A stretch of 62,452 nucleotides of DNA, filler included, from Choristocarpus tenellus KU-1152 (lineage: Eukaryota; Protista; Phaeophyceae): NCBI GenBank assembly GCA_964200185.2. It is 11 parts of 11 records of this genome, joined end to end, with 100 filler letters (N's around TTAATTAATTAA, not from the genome) between each part and the next. Parts side by side here need not be neighbours in the genome. Positions count along the whole stretch, not along the records: positions 47,287 to 55,316 come from CAXNAD020005250.1; positions 55,417 to 62,452 come from CAXNAD020006811.1; 9 more parts are not named here. One strand, given 5' to 3'. How positions within the stretch are numbered: the first letter of the stretch is position 1; each line of letters begins with the position of its first letter. Positions 53,543-62,452 of this stretch are shown in pieces. The notes beneath the pieces were generated by a model. The model was not told where the DNA came from, searched no databases, and worked only from the letters and a program-made list of their open reading frames with translations. A program made the position numbers and the translations under genes.

Positions 53543-55011
53543 GTAATCATACATCGTCAGGGAGTGGTGCGTTTGGGTATGATTGGGTGAAGTCTAGGGA
53601 GTTGACGATCCAGTTTCTGTCAGTCACTGTAGCCAGGACTGCCTGAACGACGTCAAATTCCACCACTGGACTAAACGTGCTGTAGTCGGCTACTCCTTCC
53701 TGTTGGAAAAAACCTCGTACCACCAGCCTCGCCTTAAATCTTTCGATATCACCATTGGACGTCCTTTCTATAGTTCAAGATAAATCTTGTCTTGATAGGC
53801 CTCCTCCTCAACGGCAGACTCTCTCCGTCATGGAAGGTTCCTTTGCTGTGCTGACTGCCCTCCATTTCCTGCGATATTGCCTCGTACCAATACTCTGCAT
53901 CAGACCCTGCAAGGGCTTCAGCGATAGTTGATGGTTCCTGGTGACCTATCGAGATATCACCTGCCATTACCATCAAACAGTACATATGATCTGTGTTTGC
54001 AGTGAGCATATTGGCCATATTCTCGCCCAGTTCCTCGTGATGTCCAGCGTGCAGACCCCTGCAGTCCACCCTGGGTTGTTCAGCTATCCTGACTGACCTC
54101 CGTTGCCCACCATGTGAAATTGTTCAGTCCTTGCTCACAGATGTTGCTCGCATTATCGGATCGGCTGCACTATCCGAAATTCCCATTGGAGTCTTCAGCA
54201 TTGTTGGAGTTATCATCATCGTCGGTCAAATTCACGATCTCTCGCTTCCCCACGAAGTCCATGGTTTGTTCATCTGGCTCAAACGTCACTTGGGCTGAGG
54301 GCACCAACTCGGCCTCTTGAGGAAGCCAAATGTATCAACACAGCAGTGTACGATCGTGTCCCATGATAATCCCTCGCTTGGTGTACGGGTGAAACTCTGA
54401 ACCTGCTCCCCTCTGCTGTTTCTCTTGGTGGATGTAGCACTTGCTCCTCCAAGCCCGAAGTCTATCATAATCGAATGTTTCCCCCGTCAGACTTTCACAC
54501 AGTGTTTCTTTTCTCAGGTATTCATGTGGCATGCCTCCCGTTTTGAAGACGACGGCCACGACGGCGTAGAACCAGTACTTATTGCCCAGACCATTCTTCA
54601 CCAGTTGACTCCTCGTTGCCCCCATTAGTTTTTTATTGCCCTCTCCGCCATCCCATTGCTCTGTGGTGTTCTCGGTGGTGAGTTCCTCCATCTGGCACCA
54701 TTGTTTGCCAGCATCCTTTGGAATTTTACCAACCTCCCGAGCTTGCCAGGACCATCCCTGCTGATCCATTTATATTTCTATCCATCTGGTCGATAAAGGC
54801 AGCGGTTGCGTTCGTCGCTGTGTCTGGTCTTCAAGCCGTAAACCCACTTGTCTCGGCTGCTCTCATCAACGAACACCTGGAAGTATTTGTGACCAGTGAT
54901 GTCTGGTTGGAAGGGTCCCGCCAAATCCGTGCATACAACCTCGCTGGGCTGCTTGAGGGTCCTGCCACCCCGTCGGTAGCTGAGAGTCTCTGATTTGCAT
55001 TCCTGACCCAA

Positions 55012-55270
55012 GAGTCAAAGTATCTTAGAGGGTAGAGCTGCGTCCGTTTGGGAGCCAAAGTCCAATGTTACGATTTTGATGTATTCTTGGTTGTCGCGTT
55101 TTTTAAGAAGTGTAAATATCCTTGTTTCAGACACACCTATTCATAACGTACACATTTTACCTACTCCGAAACATTGGGGAATGGATAAAATGTCATAAAA
55201 AATACATGCGAAGTCAAGCCTCAAACAGAGAAACAGGGCAAAACTCGTACCCTCCAAGGTACTTTCACTC
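55012..55270 (-). mobile_element. MITE family A copy
   Basis: Both TIRs; flanks CCAA/TCAA. Confidence 0.88.
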
Positions 55271-55439
55271 TCAAAGGATCTGGGAGAGGGGGGGGGGGGG
55301 GGGGCTACACAGGCGGNNNNNNNNNNNNNNNNNNNNNNNNNNNNNNNNNNNNNNNNNNNNTTAATTAATTAANNNNNNNNNNNNNNNNNNNNNNNNNNNN
55401 NNNNNNNNNNNNNNNNCCGGGGGGGTGCGGGCGTGGCGC

Positions 55440-55593
55440 ACCAGATCTACACCAGGGTGTCCATTTGGGCCCTGACCAGGAAAAGTGTACCTACATTATC
55501 CATCCGAATTATGCAACCAAATCACCCAAAAGTCGCGACTTGAAAAAATGGACCCAAACGAACAGTCACCCCCCCCTCCAGATACTTTGAGAC
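55440..55593 (-). mobile_element. MITE family B copy
   Basis: Reverse-orientation core ending CCAGATACTTTGAGAC. Confidence 0.8.
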
Positions 55594-56317
55594 TTTGTTC
55601 AAAAGTCGGTTACTTCCAACTATGCACCACACGATGGGCAACACAGTTCCTATACCGGAAACGCGCAACAAAAATAGTGTCATGAGTTGAGCGCTCGTGG
55701 AGAACAATGCACCTCACTATTTTTTTTGCCTGACAAGATATTGGGCACCTGTAGTCCAGCATCGTTTCGAAGTACTTCAATCTGTGGAGTATGCACTGTG
55801 TGACATTATCGCACACTGTTGTAAGTGCAACTTCAACAAATATAAATGTGGCCAAAAGTTCGGAAATATTTGACAAGAACGACTAGAGTTGAAATGGCTT
55901 AAGGTGCCGTGCTGGAATCATGTGGTAATTGTGCCGGTTAAAGAGCCTTATCTTGCACCTGACATCCTTCACTTCATTGAAGAAGCTCATGAACCGGTTG
56001 ATCAAAGTGCCACAAAAAGCACGGGGAGCAAATCGGGATGTCTCCCATAATAGGGGGGAGTGACTCCCACATGCATGGCAATACCAAGCATGAGGCAAGG
56101 GGTTGCGCCCATCTTTGTACATTGTGCCTTATCGAATAACACCACAAGGCTACTATCTAAGGCACTACATATACTTGCTGAAGCATTTCTTAGCTACACC
56201 TTCCTGGCATAGAGGCAGTCTAATCAGCCTACACAACCTGTCACACAATGTTGAAGGGAAATATATTTCGCAAAGTTTAGCCTTCAAAATCAGTTGCAAA
56301 TAATATGTGCAAGGCGG

Positions 56318-56695
56318 TGCAGTGGACAGGGGGGATCCCCTGTCTTGGGGAGCCCCCACTGTCCTTGGAGAATCCCCACATTCATTTTTTTTTCACTTCT
56401 TTGCATGATTTAAAAAAAAAACCAAGCCCTAACCCAAACCCTAACCCTAACCGTGTGTCAAGATATCCCTAATCAGCCAAGGAAATATTATAGAAGTCGT
56501 GAAGAAGTATTGTGTGCACTGGGGGGAACCACGACCTCCCATGGATCCACCACTTTTTCTCTTTTTCACACTCATTTTCGATACTCCAACCCTAACCCTA
56601 ACCTGCTACCGTAAGAAGCGAAGAAAGTACGACAGTGGGGGTTCCCCAAGGACAGTGGGGGTCCCCAAGACAGGAGATCTCCCCTGTCCACTGCA
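56318..56695. mobile_element. Foldback/MITE-like element with ~61-bp TIRs and internal (CCCTAA)n tracts
   Basis: 56318-56379 is the near-perfect reverse complement of 56635-56695; CCCTAA repeats at ~56427-56452 and ~56590-56603. Confidence 0.8.
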
Positions 56696-56819
56696 GTGGC
56701 CCCCACTCCTTGTAAAGCTCAAGAAGGTGTGAGAGTGTGGAGTCTGGAAGTGCCCTATTGCTTGGGTTTAGTAGCATGATCCAAACAGGGGGTGATGATA
56801 CTTGTCTGCTAAGGGATAC

Positions 56820-59170
56820 CTGCATAAAAGTAGACATGTAAAGGTACCCCTTGTCATCCACGGCCAGATCCCAGATCATGAGTGGGGAGCGAACGACCTC
56901 TGTACTGTTGACCTCACCATTGACCATGTACTTGTCTGTGAGTTTCATGGCCGAAGTCGGCCAGTTGATCTGTGGAGATATCATAGGGAGAGGTCACTAG
57001 TAACGTCAGGGTATATGGATGTGATCTAGGAAGCAGGAAGTGCAGCAAGCATCCAGTTCCCCATGCCAAGTTTGCAATCTATTTTGTCCTAAGATATGTA
57101 ACACTGCATCTACGTCTGCTGCTGTTTTTGCCACAAATAACAAATGAAAATGACAGGATTGGAGGGGTTACGAGGCGTGGTACATGCACTATCTACACAC
57201 AAAAAAGATATATGTACTACTTACGGCCAACAGGATGGATTGAATTATGCAACCCCCTTATCCCGATCTCCCCTCTCTTCATGTAGTGTCCGAACTCAAT
57301 TCTTTCTGTCTTGAACCCATGAATGATAAACGATTGCAGTAAAGGACTCCAAGACAGCTCTTGATGCAGTCACGTCAAATAGCAATATACGCTGATCCAC
57401 ACACCACCAATGTAAAGGATCCCTCAATTTTGAACCTGGACTCCGCCTCCCACGGGCAGCATTGTGATACCCTTAGTCCCTCTGGACACAAAGATGTCTC
57501 CGGCGTTGTTGACAGCAAGGCCTGGAAGAAACTTCCCGAGTCCAGAAGCAACAATCACTGGATCCCCTGGCACCAATAAACCCTCTGTGTCTTCTGTCAT
57601 GGAAATTCGATAGACACCCGCTCCTCCATCTTGTATGTCTTGGGAGAATAGAACATCCCCAGAGGGCTCAAGTGCGAGAGCTAGGATGGGACCAAGGCCA
57701 TCGAAGATAACCTCAGGTCCCTCTCCATTCGATTTTATGCGCAATATGTCATCCACACTTCCCACACCTGTCTGGAATCCAACAGAGTACATTATGTTAC
57801 CCTGTAGAGGAGGGGTCAGCCGTTATATAAGTGGTGGCAGTAAGAACAATTTATCCAGAGATACTGGAGTGTAGAAGGATCATTGAGTGTGCGTAATACT
57901 TCAATTCACGAAGTAAACAGCCGATTACCGGAAGTAACCTACCTCAATGTCCGAAATGACATCCTCCACCCGTGCTTCTGCTATGGTCACAGTGAGAATT
58001 GAGCCCGAACTGTAGAGAAGTGTGCATGTGGGAGAGGGCGTCGGTCCCTTAGTGTTGACTCCATGTGACGTTGTTTCCGTTCCCTCCCCCTGTGAAATAT
58101 CACCAATGTGCATTTTCCATTAAGAAGTGCATAGATGAAGTGATGTGGTGCTCGACTAGCTATGAGTGAGGACATTGTTGATTGGGACTCCTGGGAAAAA
58201 CATACGGACAATATCACAACCCATCCCTAGAAGTACCCTTTCAATTAGCCGTTTTCAAGTGCACACTGTTCCTATTGCTGAGGTTCCCTTTACCATCTAA
58301 GTTGGCCCATCAGATGTGCTCACCATGACTTCTGTGCAGCGATTGTAGTGTTCATGACAGTGGCCTGAGCAACATGCCATGCTTGACTCGCATGGGGATG
58401 CGAAGGGCTTGCAACAGACTGTGTCGCCTTGGGAATTTGGGGTGGTTCTGCATTCAATTGGCAGACCTTCGTTCTAGGCTCATGAATGGAAACGATAGTA
58501 GAGTCAGAGATTAATTGATCTTCTTGTGAAGCAGAACTTCAAAGACGCATACGTTGATATGGATGATGCTCTATCTGATGGGTAAACATACCACCATTCC
58601 CCAGTTAACGACACTTGGGTGGCGTCTAGGACTCAGTACGTAGGTTGGGCCTCACTAATGAAACGAGGAGTCGTGTTGCTCCAAGGTCTCAAGGTTCACC
58701 AAGTAATCTTCAGAAAGGTGTTAATATAGATATCGGTTTTAGGAGTTTGCAAGAAAGGACTTTCCCGTCAGAGATGTCCCGAGATACAGTTTTGTGGGTA
58801 CCAGAGTATAAGGTAAAAATGAATATTGCCTTCCTCCCATTCATCATACCATCAACATTTCAACGTTGACGGCACAATAACGATATCGGATTCACACAAC
58901 ATCACCATAGTAGTATATTGAGTCTTTCAGCACCTTGAACATTCCCGGGGCACAATCATCCTGACTGTCACAACCCTCATAGAGAGCACAATCGCCAGAC
59001 CCCGTCCCACGCATCCCGAGTCCATGTCGTCGCTCTACTGGAGTTATCGTATCATTATTATACCAGTGGTCCCCATCATAACCCGCACTGTCGACCTCTT
59101 CGAGGGCGCACAAGGTGGTGATCGTTGCCCATAAAGAGGAGGAGATGACACGGAGCGAAGTCCTCATCAT
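56820..59170 (-). CDS. Secreted Cys-rich + beta-propeller (NHL/SMP-30-like) protein, 5' five exons: 59170..58934, 58473..58324, 58089..57943, 57801..57436, 56969..56820; 3' end unresolved
   Basis: All exon lengths are multiples of 3 with GT-AG phase-0 junctions; signal peptide MRTSLRVISSSLWATITTLCA; CC..C..CCSGHC..C module; blade motifs LALEPSGDVLFS, LAVNNAGDIFVS, LAVDDKGYLYMS. Confidence 0.8.
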
Positions 59171-62100
59171 GAGTGAGATATCCGCAGTTTAGGTGTGAGG
59201 GCGAAGGGAGAGTTATTGGAGATGAGAGGAAACTGCCTACAGATTGGGTCATTTCTTGATTGGTCAAGTTGTTCCAACCCATGCAATGTAACTCAGAATA
59301 TATTTCGTGACATGAATTGTGTAACGTATGAACTAGATTGGGACAATGTACTACATTAATGTTGCACACATCGATCTACGGTACATGACGTCGACATATA
59401 TACTGACTGTCCTACAAAGATGCCCTTGTGAAGCTGGGTGTGACAATGTAAAGGCGAAAACGGAGACACTTGTTCGCAGGGTCAGTTGCACTCATGTGGG
59501 ATGAGCGACTACCGAAGGGGCGTTGGTGTTTGGGGGAATTGTGGACTGAAAGCGGAAGCAGGAGAGACCGGAGAAGCACTATTGGTGGCATCTTTGCAAG
59601 ACAATCATGTGAAGTTTGGGACCACGGTCGAGGGATGGAGTACAATAAGGCAACAAACCAACACAGATGGTACGAATATATGGTTGATGGAACAAAAATG
59701 TCCATGGACAAGTGATACCCTACAGAAGCCGTGATAGGTGACGTGTATGTCATGTCAAAGCAGCAGCTGAGGTAGCCCAATCATAATCAGAGCGCACGCA
59801 CACTTACTTACTGCTATGCCTGTGGTTTAAGGGCTAATGGACTTGTTCCAGTAAAAACAAGACGGCTCTCACCAAGAGAAGGATGATAGATGGTTCCATG
59901 TTGGAGACATGGTAGTAGCAAGTCATGAAGATAAACCAACAAGCCATGCAAAGTCTCAAAGTCGAAATCGTGTTTAATATGAAGCGTTGACTTATCAATA
60001 GTATTAGTAACGCCAAACGGTAGAGTCTACATTCATTTTCTATTATGTTTACTGCTGTTGGGGATCTGTAGTTGCCAGTGGGCTAAGCATCTAAACATGA
60101 CAAATATCTCTCCAGAGTGTGCCCAAACAGGCTTCTGTTGGTGGTATAACCCAGGAATGGTGTAATTAATTCCTGTTTAATGAAAGCCTAGAGTCTACGC
60201 AAAATCGATAAGATCCATTAAGGTGTCGTAACTATACGTACTGGTGATGCAGAAGGACTTGGGGGGAGTTGTTCTTATCCCTTGAATTTACATGTCCTGC
60301 ATCTTGTTTACTCTGGTTCAGGCCAGGTTCGAGGTGACTTGAAGTGCGGACCACCAGTGTGTAGTCCTGTGGTGTGCTGGATGCAAGTCCACCAAGATCT
60401 TCTCCACTGCATGTCGGTTGAGGGACTTGCACGAACTTCCTTCTTTGGTACCTCACTTCTAGACCAGGACCGCGAACCAGTTGCAAGATTGGGAGGTCGA
60501 ACTGCAGGGGTACCTGTCCCTGGGTTGAACCCCTGCCCCCATATCTTGCACGAGTGACCTGCCCAAGGCGCTGTCAACCAAACCAGTCAATGGGTCGTTG
60601 GTTTGTCCTGCTGGTGTCCGGATGTCATGTGTTTCCAATGAGCCAGAAAATTCTTCCCTCTTCCTTGTCCTTATCTTTCTTGTCTTTGCCCACTCTTTGA
60701 GGTATCGATGAACAAAGATCTCTCTCCAGGTGAGGCCCCTTTAGACTGTTGACATCAGCACCACTCTGGCATGGCAGTGTCCAATCATGTCCTTCTTGAG
60801 GGGTGATGAAAATGATCAAACCCACAGGGGGACTTCCTTGAGCAAAACCCCAGGAGCATCACATCAACCATCAATGCGGTGGGAGAAATCGGATCTGAAT
60901 CTATCTAGGGATCCAATGTTTGGGTATCATATCATCGTGACCATCAACAGGAAGTGGTCCGGAAAATCTCAGAATATCTCTCCCTGGTTGATATATCTCT
61001 GAACATCACTAATGGCAAAGAGGTGTGCCCACTATACACCTGTTTGTGCGCACTGAAATGGATCTGACTGATATCAGTTCCCAACAGGACCTGCTCGTCA
61101 CACCATAACTCATCGGTCCATGTTCATTTCTTGCTAAAATTGGCACGGAAAATACACTTTTTAGCATTAAAGCTATTGTTCTTGAAGTGATGCGGTTCAA
61201 TCTTCCAGCGTCGGAATTTTTCAAAAAATTATCTGCACTATTTAGAACTATTGTTTTCTCGAGTTCGTCGGAAGTTCTAACTCTTACGGTTCCCCAACAC
61301 CCCCCCAAACCTCTAGCAATACAGTATTTCCGTAGATGCAATAGAGGGAGTCTGTACATTGGAGAAATACTCCGATATTTGATGGAGCAAATTCAAAAGT
61401 ACTACTGATACTTCTTGCATAATACTACATTTTAAAATGGTGTAGAAATAAAAAAGTTTAGAAATATGTAACAAGGAAGAGCACAAGGTTGGATCAGTCA
61501 AGAAAACCTACAGTAACATGCAATCTATCCTCTGATTGCCTTGATTGATTATCACTCATTAGTTTGAAGAACAATGCAGTGATGTTTGATAGAGCAAAAA
61601 TAATCAGCAGATATCGGAATAAGGAAGCAATGTACATTGTTGTAAAACCCGTGATGATAAAGGTAATGAAAAAGAGGGCAAAAGAGTAAGACGGGACCTA
61701 TCTGTCCCGGAAGTCAAGTCCACCCACAGAGATGAGAAAATTAAACAGAAAAGAAAAAAGCACAGTTCAAGGTCCAGCTTCAACATCAAGGACGACAATT
61801 GGTTCAAGAAGGGGCATCCACATGCACTTCAGGGCATCCAGGCTGAGTCCATACACCCACTAGGTACAACATACAAGGGTGGGATGTCACTATTAATGGT
61901 CCAAAATGTTCTTGCTCTGCCTGAGGAGAGTTGGGGTCTATAGTACCACACTCGCTTGGTTGGGACTCTCCTTCCACAATCAAGTTGAAGTCTACTGAGG
62001 CATTGTGGTATTTTTCACACACACACACACATACACACTCTCTCTCTCTCTCTCTTGCTTCAACCAAAGAATAGGAAGGCGTTTCACTTCACAAGAACAC

Positions 62101-62203
62101 AACACACACAGCCACATCAACATAATCCCATCCTCCGTACTAATGCATAGACACGATCTATATGAGCCCCAGTCCTGGGAGGTCGCCTACTTCTCAACAC
62201 AAG

Positions 62204-62353
62204 TCAGATCGGATCATGCTCTCTGAATGCCCACAGCCCTAGGTCCTTACTGCTTGCCCCAGCAAGCAGCAACTGACTTGGGTGCCACGACATGCAAGAA
62301 GTACTCCTACCCAGATTAAGTCGGTGTGCACAATCTGCTGTCTCCACATCAGC
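62204..62353 (-). CDS. Terminal exon of a WD40 protein resembling THO complex subunit 3 (TEX1/THOC3)
   Basis: cttcag|ADVETADCAHRLNLGRSTSCMSWHPSQLLLAGASSKDLGLWAF...* resembles the THOC3 C-terminal blade (A.VETG...WHP..LLA). Confidence 0.55.
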   Translation of the reverse strand, partial: ADVETADCAHRLNLGRSTSCMSWHPSQLLLAGASSKDLGLWAFREHDPI

Positions 62354-62452
62354 CTGAAGTAGGACATGGGGCACACAGGACGGCAGTGGTGTTGGCACTA
62401 CAAAATGCTCGATGTTCCCATTAGTTGGGTCAAAGTATCTGGGGGGGTGGGG

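Larger units (their letters stand above)
51127..55011 (-). mobile_element. Decayed Ty1/copia LTR retrotransposon (integrase-RT-RNase H-PPT-3' LTR), 5' part missing
   Basis: Integrase TDLAGPFQP..YFQVFVDE; RT FKARLVVRGF, AIYGLKQS, HYVD; RNase H GYGDSDWG..GAPIAWSSK; purine tract GGGAGAG followed by LTR TGTGCAA(51691)...TTGCACA(51127); IN-before-RT order. Confidence 0.9.

Noticed and set aside
60500-60605. tRNA gene or tRNA-derived SINE head (minus strand)
   Set aside because: B-box-like GGTTCAACCC is present, but there is no cloverleaf and no second copy in the window.
61009-61359. hAT dimerisation or SAP remnant
   Set aside because: The resemblance is too weak to support a call.

Overview
This is eukaryotic nuclear DNA, intron-rich and repeat-rich. 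The gene and TE style suggests a brown-algal or other stramenopile genome (inference). The window is not contiguous: 11 unrelated contigs are joined by ~100-nt N/TTAATTAATTAA/N linkers, so synteny holds only within a contig. Spliced host genes reconstructed by hand: a complete 3-exon sugar-porter (inositol-transporter-like) gene, a complete 3-exon Cys-rich type II membrane protein, the 5' five exons of a secreted Cys-rich + beta-propeller protein, the last two exons of a CCR4/Angel/PDE12-type EEP nuclease and the last exon of a THOC3-like WD40 gene. There is also a tRNA-Cys(GCA). Mobile DNA: three related MITE families (shared AAAGTATCT TIR core, 4-bp TSDs, Sola2-like), two Ty1/copia remnants (one with a nested solo LTR and MITEs), a LINE remnant and two foldback elements. 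The most unusual items are (1) an intron-containing ParB/Srx-domain gene, head-to-head with a second ORF across a ~268-bp palindrome-rich tandem array and partly repeated on another contig; (2) a decayed Bacteroidota-type rpoC fragment apparently interrupted by a host MITE, suggesting old bacteria-to-nucleus transfer; and (3) a decayed, apparently intron-poor RecQ helicase. All family assignments come from motif recognition by eye; no searches were run.
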